56,212 nucleotides of DNA, taken from an uncultured Deferribacteres bacterium. Lineage in GTDB: Bacteria > Zhuqueibacterota > Zhuqueibacteria > Zhuqueibacterales > Geothermadaptataceae. This document shows positions 1-9,369 of this stretch, piece after piece. Where the stretch lies: assembly GCA_964014485.1 (NCBI GenBank), contig CAXHAT010000022.1, forward strand, positions 1-56,212, written 5' to 3'. The notes beneath the pieces were generated by a model, which was not told the DNA's origin, ran no database searches, and saw only the letters and a list, made by a program, of their open reading frames with translations. Within the stretch, counting starts at the first letter, position 1; each line of letters starts with the position of its first letter. The position numbers and the translations under genes are program-made.

Positions 1-11
1 GCTGCAAGGGA

Positions 12-45
12 GTCTCGTGGGCTCGGAGAGGTGTATAAGAGACAG
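12..45 (+). other. Illumina Nextera read-2 adapter/Tn5 mosaic end remnant (library artefact)
   Basis: gtctcgtgggctcggagaGgtgtataagagacag matches GTCTCGTGGGCTCGGAGATGTGTATAAGAGACAG at 33/34 positions, at the very start of the window. Confidence 0.95.
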
Positions 46-73
46 GTAGCGACGCGATGCATCGCGTCTCTAC
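46..73. repeat. GTAG-type REP-like palindrome
   Basis: gtagcgacgcgatgcatcgcgtctctac is a near-perfect 28-bp palindrome; a related copy lies at 36163-36190. Confidence 0.75.
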
Positions 74-145
74 CAATGTGATAGAAGAAAATTTTAGAAA
101 AAGTATCCGGCGAGAAATCCGGCCTTGCGGGAAAAATGAATGCAG

Positions 146-775
146 TTAGCCTGCGCTTTGGAGACGCTCAATTTCCGCCGCTAGTGCGGATTGGCCGTCG
201 GAAGTTGAAACGTCTGCGTCGAAGGCGGTGTTGAGCTGCTGGACGACGCTGAGGCTTTCGCTAAAATTGCCGAGCAAAAAGTGATTCTCCGCTTTTAAAA
301 GCGTCAAATCATTCGCGCCAATGTTGGAATCATGCGAGAACGCCCAGGAAGCGTTGTCCGCAAGCGCTCTGTCGACTTGAGTGTTGGAATCTACGTATTC
401 TTGCGCGGCGTTGAGCGCAAAGGCCCAACCGCCAAACAAATCTGCGTCAGCGCCGGACTGGCTGTTGCCAAAGCTGAATTCACTGATTGCGCTAGACGTG
501 TTGCCGTTCTTGAAATGGCTCCAACCCAAGCCGACGTAGCCTTCGACTTGTCCGCGATCCTTGTTTTTCGCTTCCTGAAATTTGGAAACAGCGGAGGCGT
601 AATTCCCGGCTTCAAAGAGCGTCCAGCCTTCGGCGGCCAATTCGGCGAACGTCGGGCCGTCAACCGGATCGGGCGGGTCGGGTTCCATGGTCGAAGAGCA
701 GGCGAATGAAAAAACAAGGCAGATGCCGAGAACAAAGTTTATGCGGCGATTGACTGATTTCATTTTATTTTCCAT
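146..775 (-). CDS. TPR-repeat lipoprotein
   Basis: Signal peptide with lipobox (LVFSFAC), Pro-rich linker and TPR-like helices (GWTLFEAGNYASAVSKF, GYVGLGWSHFKNG); start may be 763. Confidence 0.8.
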   Translation of the reverse strand: MENKMKSVNRRINFVLGICLVFSFACSSTMEPDPPDPVDGPTFAELAAEGWTLFEAGNYASAVSKFQEAKNKDRGQVEGYVGLGWSHFKNGNTSSAISEFSFGNSQSGADADLFGGWAFALNAAQEYVDSNTQVDRALADNASWAFSHDSNIGANDLTLLKAENHFLLGNFSESLSVVQQLNTAFDADVSTSDGQSALAAEIERLQSAG

Positions 776-826
776 AAATTGAACTTGTAGTTGAAGTTGT
801 CTCTTGCTGATTCAATGTGCGACCCA

Positions 827-888
827 TCATTCAGGATGGACAATTCTGCAAATTCCGAGGTCTGGCAAAATAGATTCCTCCTGAATGA
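827..888. repeat. GTCATTC..GAATGAC-type intergenic inverted repeat
   Basis: Arms tcattcagga (827-836) and tcctgaatga (879-888); resembles the element at 4565-4660. Confidence 0.5.
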
Positions 889-905
889 CATTTGGGATGA
901 GAAGG

Positions 906-3900
906 CTATTGCAATAAAATCATTTTTTGCGTTCGGGCGAAATTTCCAGCCTTGATGCGATAAAAGTATAGACCGCTTGCAACCGGCCTGCCTGAGAAGT
1001 CGGTGGCGTTCCATTGCACGCTGTACCGTCCCGCCTCGTGCGGGCTCTCAACCAGCGTAGTCACGAGCTGGCCGATGGCGTTGTAGATTTGCAGAACCAC
1101 GTCGGCCCCTTCAGGTATGTCGTAAGCGATGGTCGTTCTGGGGTTAAAAGGATTGGGGTAGTTTTGATGCAGCGCGAAAGTCTGAGGCAAATTCTCGCTT
1201 TCAATTTCTGCGCCGGTTCCAACGAATTTAAATGCGCCCAGTTGATCTGTATTTACGCGCACGACCTGTTCGTTCAGATCGATGACGCTTTCCACCTTAA
1301 CCCAGTTTTCATCCTCTTGTCGGTAAACTTCCGGCTGAGTCGCTCCGCCTGCCGCAAATTTAAAAGACAGTTCAACAGGTTGGTTGAAATTTTTGTTTGG
1401 CCCAAAGTGGTAGACGGTTGCGTCGTCATTTTCAACAAATGAACCAACAAAAACCGTTTGATCAGAAACGGCTTCGGTCGATGCGTAAAGTTGCGCACGA
1501 TCATGGTTTAGCGAAAGGCGCGCCGCCTTGCCTGTTTTGGCGATGATCACTTCATAGTCACGCGCAGCGGTTGAATCCACACCGTTGAAAAGGCCGGTCG
1601 CTTTGGTTGAGATGGTGTGCGTGCCGTTAGCAGCGAAGGTGTAAGCGCCGGAGTAAGTCGTCGTGGTTCCGGGAATCGGCGCCATCGTCACCGTCGTGGT
1701 CGAGCCGCCGCTCGATACCGTCACTTCTGGGCCGCCGCGAAGGTCGCGATCCGCAACGACGATTATATCTGCAAATTGCGCCGCCGCAGGGTTTTGAAAA
1801 ACGGACGTTTTTACTGACGGCGGGAGATTGTCCGATTCAGAGTTCAAGCCGCGATTCCAGAGCGCTTGCGCAGCGTCGGCACTGGCGAGCATGCCGTCCA
1901 GGCTGCCCCCGCCGATGATGGCAAATGCCAACTCAATGCTTTCGCCCGGGGCAATGTCAAACGGCCCGCTCGAGGTCATGGTCGAAACGTCTGTCGCGTT
2001 TACTTCCAGAACCTGGACGCCTTTGCTGAGCGCGTCCCATTTTTCCTGATCGGTGTAGCCGTCGGTGCCTTGACCAGTGTAAGTTTCGGTATTGTCGATT
2101 GAGCGATAGGAAACGCCCGCCGTCGTGGTGAGTAGTTTTGTTGCTGCAAGCCGCGTCGGGTTGCTGGGGCCGTCTTGCACCCAGCCGAGCCTTCTTCCGG
2201 CGTCATATTTCGCGAAGTCCGCCCCGTCGTCTCGGATATCCCAGTCGAAATAAAGCCCGGCAAAGAGGCCAGTCATGGCCGTCTCGGTTGGGTTTTCGAT
2301 GTTGTACTGGTAAATAATAAAGTCTTGAAATGGTTCAGTTTTGTAAGCATAAGTTCGTTGGGTGACTTTCACGCCCAACGGACTTTCCGCCAAAACGTCT
2401 TCAAGAACAACGGAAGTTTCTTCATCGGCGAGACTCCCGGGCGTGTTAAAAACAATCGGGCTTGTGGCCAAGAAATCGAGCTCTTGCGAAGCGTTGTCGC
2501 CGCCGCCGCGAATGCAGTCGGACATATTGCCCGGGCCTGTCGAAACAAGAAGACCGCCTTCGAAAAGAAAATCAACCCCGTTGAATTTAAATCCAGTACC
2601 CGTTGTGTCCGTTCTAAAGCCTGTGTAGCCAATGTTCCCCTGCCCGGTTACTGAACTCACAATCGTTCCGGTGTCGTGATCGACGAATTGCGGGGGATTG
2701 ACGAGAATTTCGAATAGTTCAGCATTGGCGTAGTCGGTTCCGCTCATGTCGATGCGAAATTTCAAACGCTCGCCTTCGCCAAGCAGCGTGGATTGAAATT
2801 GAAAAGAAACCGTGGCTGAATCGCCGCCTCCGACAGCGCCCAAAACAGCTTCGGCATTTGTTAGCGTCAGGCGATTATCATCTGTGCTGAGTGTGAAAGT
2901 CAGGTTGGATGCTGCGGCGAGAAAGTTTTTGACGTTTACGTTGAGCGTGACGTTCTCGGAAGCCGAGATGTTACCGTCGCCGCCTTCATCTTCATAAGAA
3001 GCGCCGACAAAGCGCACGGACGGCAAGTCCGATCTTGTGAGTGCAGCAACAGGGTCAATTCTGCCGCGGCCAAGCCTGCCCCGAAATGTCGGGTTTTGAC
3101 TGTCGATGCTCGAAGCCGTTGCACGAATCTGTTCACGCACTTGCTCCATGGTGTAGTCCGGGAATTTGGTTTTCACCAATCCCGCCAACGCGGCGACAAG
3201 CGGTGATGACATAGAAGTGCCGAACAGCCTGCCGTATTGCCCGTTTGGGAATGTGCTCAAAATGTTTTCGCCAGGCGCAAAAACGTCGACGGAAACGCCG
3301 TAGTTCGAAAATCCCGACTTGGCGCCTGTATTTCCGACTGACCCGACAGAGAGTACGTTCTCATACGCTGCCGGGTAAAACGGCGTTTCGTCCATATTCA
3401 CGCCGGCGTTACCGGCTGAAGTCACGAACAGCGTCCCGTTTTCAAGCGCCATGTTGATCAATTCTTGTTCGAGATTGGATCGGCCTTGACCGCCGAAACT
3501 GCCGTTTGCGACGACAGCGCCTTCATTTACGGCATAGGCCAGGCCCTGGTAAGCGTTAACAGTGCTGATCGCCGTATCAGTCGGTGCGCTGACATTCATG
3601 GGAATGAGTCGAACATTCCAACTCAAGCTGCTAACGCCGGTGTTGTTGTTGGTCACCGCCGCCATGATGCCGCCGACGTGCGTACCGTGCTGGGCGTTCG
3701 CCGGTTGAGTCGCCAAGCCGCGCGGATTGTTGGAATTATTGACGAAATTCCAACCGCGAACGTCGTCGATGAAGCCATTGTTGTCGTCGTCGATGTTGTT
3801 GTCCGGAGTTTCGTCAGGGTTTGTCCAAATATTGTCGATGAGATCAGGATGATCCCAATCTGTGCCGCCGTCGAGCACGGCAATGATGACTTCGCCGTCT

Positions 3901-4460
3901 TCGCCCTTAGCAATGTCCCAGGCTTCCTGAGCATTAATAGATGAAAAGTGGTTTTGTTGGAAAAAGAGAGAGTCGTTGGGTTGCTCGTCAATTTTTCGGA
4001 GGAAGACAGGCTCGGCATACTCAACGTTTGGATCGTCGGCGAACTTTTGCGCCACTTCAATCGGGTTTTCGCCGGTGTTAAATTTCAGAAAATGGATTTT
4101 GAGCAGTTCACCGACTTTTTTCTTGGTTGAGTTTTCCAGAAAGGAAAAGCCTTGATTTATTTCCGTCACGCCGTGCACTGCGCTGAGTTTGTTTAGGGAA
4201 GCGAATGGCGTCGTTGCGGAGCCTTTGGCCAAGCGAACCGGCTCTTTGAATTTGACGATCAATTCGCCTTCCACAACGTTTGAGCGTTTGATTTTTTGCA
4301 ATTGCACCGATCCAGGGGGGCGAAAACTCTTTTGACCGGATGGCTTGCTGGAGCCGGCGTTATGATTGCTGTAAGCAAAGGTGAGAAAAGCTGCGAGCGG
4401 GATGAGCGTGGGTTTGAAGAAATACCGCTGAAAAAAACGCTGAAGGAGGGGAGTTGTCAT
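906..4460 (-). CDS. Secreted S8 (subtilisin-family) serine peptidase with C-terminal T9SS/FlgD-Ig sorting domain
   Basis: Catalytic triad motifs VLDGG, HGTHVGG and GTSMSSP; N-terminal propeptide; C-terminus LHQNYPNPFNP...SGLYFYRIKAG...KMILLQ. Confidence 0.93.
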   Translation of the reverse strand: MTTPLLQRFFQRYFFKPTLIPLAAFLTFAYSNHNAGSSKPSGQKSFRPPGSVQLQKIKRSNVVEGELIVKFKEPVRLAKGSATTPFASLNKLSAVHGVTEINQGFSFLENSTKKKVGELLKIHFLKFNTGENPIEVAQKFADDPNVEYAEPVFLRKIDEQPNDSLFFQQNHFSSINAQEAWDIAKGEDGEVIIAVLDGGTDWDHPDLIDNIWTNPDETPDNNIDDDNNGFIDDVRGWNFVNNSNNPRGLATQPANAQHGTHVGGIMAAVTNNNTGVSSLSWNVRLIPMNVSAPTDTAISTVNAYQGLAYAVNEGAVVANGSFGGQGRSNLEQELINMALENGTLFVTSAGNAGVNMDETPFYPAAYENVLSVGSVGNTGAKSGFSNYGVSVDVFAPGENILSTFPNGQYGRLFGTSMSSPLVAALAGLVKTKFPDYTMEQVREQIRATASSIDSQNPTFRGRLGRGRIDPVAALTRSDLPSVRFVGASYEDEGGDGNISASENVTLNVNVKNFLAAASNLTFTLSTDDNRLTLTNAEAVLGAVGGGDSATVSFQFQSTLLGEGERLKFRIDMSGTDYANAELFEILVNPPQFVDHDTGTIVSSVTGQGNIGYTGFRTDTTGTGFKFNGVDFLFEGGLLVSTGPGNMSDCIRGGGDNASQELDFLATSPIVFNTPGSLADEETSVVLEDVLAESPLGVKVTQRTYAYKTEPFQDFIIYQYNIENPTETAMTGLFAGLYFDWDIRDDGADFAKYDAGRRLGWVQDGPSNPTRLAATKLLTTTAGVSYRSIDNTETYTGQGTDGYTDQEKWDALSKGVQVLEVNATDVSTMTSSGPFDIAPGESIELAFAIIGGGSLDGMLASADAAQALWNRGLNSESDNLPPSVKTSVFQNPAAAQFADIIVVADRDLRGGPEVTVSSGGSTTTVTMAPIPGTTTTYSGAYTFAANGTHTISTKATGLFNGVDSTAARDYEVIIAKTGKAARLSLNHDRAQLYASTEAVSDQTVFVGSFVENDDATVYHFGPNKNFNQPVELSFKFAAGGATQPEVYRQEDENWVKVESVIDLNEQVVRVNTDQLGAFKFVGTGAEIESENLPQTFALHQNYPNPFNPRTTIAYDIPEGADVVLQIYNAIGQLVTTLVESPHEAGRYSVQWNATDFSGRPVASGLYFYRIKAGNFARTQKMILLQ

Positions 4461-4564
4461 AATTTTACCGAGGTTGTCTTAAACTGGATTTTAAGTGTTG
4501 TCGTATAATTCACTACCTGACACTTTTTTCTATAGTGCAATTTCAAATTGGCGAAAAGTCGCGG

Positions 4565-4660
4565 TTTGTCATTCTGAAAGAATCTTTAGTTAGCGTCCAA
4601 CAAAGAGTCGCGTTGAAAGTTCAAGGGTTAGTTTAAAAAAGATGCTTCCAGCATGACAAA
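4565..4660. repeat. Intergenic inverted repeat (REP/MITE-like)
   Basis: tttgtcattctgaaagaatcttt (4565-4587) and aaagatgcttccagcatgacaaa (4638-4660) are complementary at 20/23 positions. Confidence 0.7.
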
Positions 4661-4772
4661 TCCAGACCTTCTTGCCACTTTCACAAGCTTGGAAAAATGT
4701 GTCAAGTGGTGAAGTTGCGTATAGAAAACGAACTCGAACATGTTTTAAAAGTTCAATATTACATACGCATCG

Positions 4773-4801
4773 AATGTATTTTAACCTGCCTGGAATGTCA
4801 A
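4773..4801 (-). promoter_or_regulatory. Putative sigma70 promoter for the S8 peptidase operon
   Basis: TTGACA-N17-TACATT on the minus strand. Confidence 0.45.
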
Positions 4802-5016
4802 TTAAAAACTAAGATGCGACGGCCTTTTCATTTACAGCGCTCATTACTCTCCCGCGGTATAAGTTTTCTTTATAAAATTTCTGGATCGAGCATCAGTTTT
4901 TGAAGGATTAAGTCATTATTTTTTACTTGCTAAATCATCGCTTTATGATTAGCGTAAATGATCACTTTCTACGGAACGGCGCTATCGATTTCTTAAGCAG
5001 GCATTATCGTTTATCG

Positions 5017-6261
5017 ATGACGGACAACTGTCGAAAACATGGTTTCAGGGGAAAGCGGGCGGCGCTTTTGGCGCTTTTGGCGGCTTTGACCATTTCGCAA
5101 TTTCGAACAGTCAAAGCTCAAAATGAGTTGTCCGCCGTCCAGGAACGAGATTTAGACTCGATCCTGGTGGTTGGCTTGCGCACCGGGACTGACGACTATG
5201 AAGAAACCTACGTAGATTTAAGCGACGGTCGGTTTCTAATCGCCCCCACCAAAAATGATAAGCCGTTTCACGTCATGGGGTTCAGGCAAGACGAGATTGA
5301 GATTAAGCTCAAAAACGCCGAAGCGAGGCCGAACGGCGTTTCTCACATTCTTTACCGGTTTTTTGATTCTGAAATTAGCCTTTACCGCGCTTTGCTCCTG
5401 GAAGAAGTGGATTTGGCGCAATTGAGTTCAGAAAACCTTGTAAAGGAATTTGAGCGTTCTTCTGAAACTTTCCAGATTTTCCCGCGCAAGAAGCCGCCCC
5501 ATGTGCTGAAGATGATCGTCTATAATTTGCGTCACCCTGTTTTGAAGCAGCCCGCCGTTCGCCAGGCGATATCGCACGCGATCCCAGTCAAAAACCAGAT
5601 CATTAACAAAGTTCTGTTTAATAAAGGCGAGAGCGCACGCGGCGGTGTTTTTGAATCCGACTCTCCCTTGCGCCCGGACGGCGTGAACGACTACGGTTAT
5701 AACCGTAGAAAGGCGGTCGATCTATTGACGGGAGAAGGGTGGAAAGACGTCAATCGTGACGGTACGCTTGAAAAGGGCGGACGCGAATTTTCGCTAAATC
5801 TCGTCTATCGACAGGGCATAGAAAATGAAGAGCGCATCGCCCGACGCATCGCATTGGCGTGTAAGCGCATTGGCATAGAAGTGATTCCAGAGAAGAAAAC
5901 AGTGCGCGAGCTGAAAAAGGCGCTCTTTGACGGGGATTATGAGATGGCGCTGTTTGAACATCAATTTGAAGAAAACAGGCAATCTCTTTTTGATTTTTTT
6001 GGTAACCCGGAGACGAGCTACATAAAATTTGAAGACCAGCGGTTCCTTAGATTAAATACGCGCGCAGAAGAAACGGAAGGCTCGGGACAAACCCTGCAAT
6101 TGATTCGCAGTATGCAAGGCGTGTTAAATGAAAAATGCGTTGTCAGTTTTCTGTTTTTTGAATGGTATGATTCCATCATCATCAACGGCGCCAAATTTAG
6201 AGCGATAGATCCCGTCACCGGCGAACTGCTGCCGCTCGACGCTTGGCGTTTCAGGAAATAG
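5017..6261 (+). CDS. Family-5 (oligopeptide/nickel-type) solute-binding-like protein
   Basis: Signal peptide; SBP_bac_5-like C-terminal motifs (NLRHPVLKQPAVRQAISHAI; YNRRKAVDLLTGEGWKDVNRDGTLEKGG); ORF open from 4927, ATG 5017 chosen. Confidence 0.72.
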   Translation: MTDNCRKHGFRGKRAALLALLAALTISQFRTVKAQNELSAVQERDLDSILVVGLRTGTDDYEETYVDLSDGRFLIAPTKNDKPFHVMGFRQDEIEIKLKNAEARPNGVSHILYRFFDSEISLYRALLLEEVDLAQLSSENLVKEFERSSETFQIFPRKKPPHVLKMIVYNLRHPVLKQPAVRQAISHAIPVKNQIINKVLFNKGESARGGVFESDSPLRPDGVNDYGYNRRKAVDLLTGEGWKDVNRDGTLEKGGREFSLNLVYRQGIENEERIARRIALACKRIGIEVIPEKKTVRELKKALFDGDYEMALFEHQFEENRQSLFDFFGNPETSYIKFEDQRFLRLNTRAEETEGSGQTLQLIRSMQGVLNEKCVVSFLFFEWYDSIIINGAKFRAIDPVTGELLPLDAWRFRK

Positions 6262-6276
6262 GGGGCGCGTGAGCTT

Positions 6277-8082
6277 ATGAAAAAATCCCGAATTTTATTT
6301 CCTTCCACGATGTTTGCCAGATTTTTGACTTCTCACATTCTGCTTGTGACGCTGCCGCTTTTGGTAACAATGCTTTTTCTCATCGGAGCTGTGCGCACGG
6401 CGATGCACAACACCATTTTGAGTTACAGTCAGGAAGTTGTTGTCAGATCGGCGGAACAGATTGATTTGACGTTGGAGAATATCTACAATTTGCTGAAACG
6501 AACGGCGGCAAATCCGTTTTTGAGCGATTCAGGGCTTAATCGAGCCATTGTTATTGAAGACATGGTGCTGGAGTTTCCAGTTTTTAAAGAAGTCACGGTG
6601 TTGGGCCTGGACGGCAAAGTCGTTTTGTCAACCGCGCATCTCGGCGGAAACGGCGCTGCAGGAAAATGGGACTTAAGCGGTGAAATTTTTGGAAAATTGA
6701 TTAGCGGTCTGCCGCACAGCAGCGAGGTTTATTTAAATGAGCTGTCTTTGCCGGAGATGCGCGTGCTCGAGCCGATTCGAGCCGGAGGGGATGAAATTAT
6801 CGCGATTTTGGGCGCAAAAGTCGATTTGAAAGAGATTTGGCGTTTGGTTGATAAATGCAAGATCGGCGATCAATCAGGAGAAGCTTTTATTTTTCGTTCG
6901 GGCAAGGCTTCTTCGAATGGTCAGTTTATTGCTCATACAGACCGCAAGAGAGTTTTGGAAGGCAGTCATTTTCTGGAAGAAGGTATTTTGAACAGAATTG
7001 CGGCGCACCAAGCAGGCAGTGAAATTTATATGAATAATCTTGAGGTCGAGATGGCCGCGGCTTATGCGCCTTTGGAGAACAAAGAATGGGGCATCGTTTT
7101 GCAGCAACCGACGGAAGAAGCTTTTGCGGTTGTCAGTCAAATACAATTTCGAATTCAGGCATTGTTATTGGGCAGTATTCTCCTGGCCGCCTGCGTTGCT
7201 TTTTTCTATTCAAGATGGATTCTGAAGCCGGTCTCTGCATTGGTGAGCGGAATTAATCGGATTTCAAGCGGAGATTTGAGTCATAGAATTGCGGCAAAAC
7301 GCAAAGATGAAATCAGTCAGGTGGCGGCGCATTTTAACAGGATGGCGACCAAGCTGCGAACAGCGCAAACGAAGCTGAAAAGAACAGAAAGATTTGAGAC
7401 GCTGGGAAGAATGGCGTCAGTTTTGTCTCATGAAATTCGCAATCCGCTCAATTCGATGGTGATCAATATGCAAATCCTTCGACGCGAATTTCAAAAAAGT
7501 GAGGCGGAAGCAACGAAACTTGAACACTATCACGGCATTGTACTAAGCGAGATTCAACGCGTTGATGATTTGGTTTCAAATTTTTTGTTATTGGCTAAGC
7601 CTGCCAAACTAAAACGCGCTGCTCATGACGTCAGGAGCGTTTTGGATGAAGTTGTGACGTCGCAACAGCCAACGGCTTTGATGCAAGGCGTGAGAATTGA
7701 ACGAAAGTATGATCAAAATCTTCCCGAACTTCTAATAGATCGCGGGAAGATTAAGCAAGTCATCCTCAATATCGTCATCAATGCTCTGCAGGCAATGGCT
7801 GCCGGCGGCAAATTGCGCATTGACGTTCAGTTTATTCAGGATAGTCTGATGAACGAGCATTTGAAGTTTGTCTTTTCCGATACGGGGAAGGGAATCTCGA
7901 AGGAGGATTTAAAACAGGTATTCGATTTTTACTATTCAACGAAGCCGCACGGCAGCGGAGTTGGGTTGTCTGTTGCGCAACAGATAATAGAAGAGCATGA
8001 CGGCAGGATTTCAGTTGAAAGCATTGTGGGAAAGGGAACGACGGTTACAATCTATCTGCCAGTGTCTGAACACCTCAATTGA
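6277..8082 (+). CDS. Membrane sensor histidine kinase (Cache-HAMP-HisKA-HATPase)
   Basis: Two TM segments, HAMP, H-box SHEIRNPLN, N-box NIVINALQAM, DTGKGI and GSGVGL. Confidence 0.93.
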   Translation: MKKSRILFPSTMFARFLTSHILLVTLPLLVTMLFLIGAVRTAMHNTILSYSQEVVVRSAEQIDLTLENIYNLLKRTAANPFLSDSGLNRAIVIEDMVLEFPVFKEVTVLGLDGKVVLSTAHLGGNGAAGKWDLSGEIFGKLISGLPHSSEVYLNELSLPEMRVLEPIRAGGDEIIAILGAKVDLKEIWRLVDKCKIGDQSGEAFIFRSGKASSNGQFIAHTDRKRVLEGSHFLEEGILNRIAAHQAGSEIYMNNLEVEMAAAYAPLENKEWGIVLQQPTEEAFAVVSQIQFRIQALLLGSILLAACVAFFYSRWILKPVSALVSGINRISSGDLSHRIAAKRKDEISQVAAHFNRMATKLRTAQTKLKRTERFETLGRMASVLSHEIRNPLNSMVINMQILRREFQKSEAEATKLEHYHGIVLSEIQRVDDLVSNFLLLAKPAKLKRAAHDVRSVLDEVVTSQQPTALMQGVRIERKYDQNLPELLIDRGKIKQVILNIVINALQAMAAGGKLRIDVQFIQDSLMNEHLKFVFSDTGKGISKEDLKQVFDFYYSTKPHGSGVGLSVAQQIIEEHDGRISVESIVGKGTTVTIYLPVSEHLN

Positions 8083-8145
8083 AGGATTTTTTGGTGTTCA
8101 ATTTACGCACAAGCAGAGAAGTGAAAATATTGTAGTAATAATCTA

Positions 8146-8174
8146 TTGACAAGCCAGGGCTTTTTTTATATATT
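8146..8174 (+). promoter_or_regulatory. Sigma70-type promoter upstream of the sigma factor gene
   Basis: TTGACA (8146-8151)-N17-TATATT (8169-8174). Confidence 0.65.
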
Positions 8175-8430
8175 CCAAGCTCTCTTGGACAACGCGCACG
8201 TTTCGGCGCTCAAAGCAAACCTTTTAATTTAGAATAAATTTTGACTTTTGCAACTATTTTGAGAGTGTACTGAAACTTCTCGATACTGCTTTTGTTTAAT
8301 TAAGAGCTTTGCGCCAAATATTATGATAAACGCAGTTTAATAACCAAAGGCCGTCTGACAATACAACCATTTGCTACTCTAAAGCGTCTTCGCGTTAAAG
8401 GTAGACAATTTTATATCCCGGAACAATAAA

Positions 8431-9288
8431 ATGGCTAAAAAAACAAAAGTTAATGAATCTCGATCGAAGCAATCAATCGAGAAATACTTGGAAGAGATCG
8501 GCAACTACTCGCCCCTCAGTCCAGAAGAAGAAATCTCACTGGCGCGCCGAATCCGAAAAAATGATTCACGCGCTCTTGATCAATTGGTCAAGGCGAATTT
8601 GCGATTCGTCATCAGCGTCGCAAAAGAATATCAGGGACAAGGTCTGCCTTTGCAGGATTTGATCAGTGAAGGCAACTTGGGTTTGATTAAGGCCGCTCAG
8701 CGTTTCGATGAAACACGCGGTTTTAAGTTCATCTCTTACGCTGTTTGGTGGATTCGACAGTCGATTTTGCAAGCCTTGGCTGAGCAATCCCGGGTTGTTC
8801 GTCTTCCGCTCAACAGAGTCGGTGCGATCAATAAGGTCGGTCGCGCTCTTGAAGAATTGGAGAAGCGATTTGGCCGCGAACCCAGCATGGAAGAAGTCGC
8901 TGACAAAATGGAGATGACTTCTTACGAAGTTGCAGACGTCCTCAAGACTTCCGCAAGACATCTTTCGCTTGACGAACCCTTCAAGGAAGAAGACGGCAAC
9001 AGCTTGTTAGACGTTCTCGAAAGTGATCGCTACGCACCGCCGGATGATTCTTTGATGCTGGAGTCCTTGCAAGTTGAAGTCGATAAGGTGCTTTCAACTC
9101 TGAAACCGCGAGAAGCGGAAATCATCAAGTTGTATTTCGGGCTGGCAGGCGACCGTCCGTTGACTCTTGAAGAGATCGGCGAGCACTTCAAGCTAACGCG
9201 CGAACGAGTTCGCCAAATCAAAGAGAAAGCGCTGAGACGATTGCGTCACCGCTCACGGCTTGAACCCCTCCGCAAATATTTAGGCTAA
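8431..9288 (+). CDS. rpoD: RpoD/SigA-family sigma70 factor, short form lacking region 1.1
   Basis: YLEEIG (1.2), [43 protein letters not shown]...RERVRQI; 285 aa. Confidence 0.9.
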   Translation: MAKKTKVNESRSKQSIEKYLEEIGNYSPLSPEEEISLARRIRKNDSRALDQLVKANLRFVISVAKEYQGQGLPLQDLISEGNLGLIKAAQRFDETRGFKFISYAVWWIRQSILQALAEQSRVVRLPLNRVGAINKVGRALEELEKRFGREPSMEEVADKMEMTSYEVADVLKTSARHLSLDEPFKEEDGNSLLDVLESDRYAPPDDSLMLESLQVEVDKVLSTLKPREAEIIKLYFGLAGDRPLTLEEIGEHFKLTRERVRQIKEKALRRLRHRSRLEPLRKYLG

Positions 9289-9308
9289 GATTCTTTGTTT
9301 TGAATAAC

Positions 9309-9344
9309 AAGCCCTCTTAAGTTTTTTAAGAGGGCTTTTTTTTT
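9309..9344 (+). terminator. Rho-independent terminator
   Basis: aagccctcttaa/ttaagagggctt stem followed by a T-run, just after the sigma stop codon. Confidence 0.85.
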
Positions 9345-9369
9345 GTATTCCTAAATCGGCTTCGATTTT

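Noticed and set aside
27..45. Tn5/IS50 end suggesting a transposon
   Set aside because: It is the synthetic mosaic end preceded by the Nextera primer sequence, so a library artefact.
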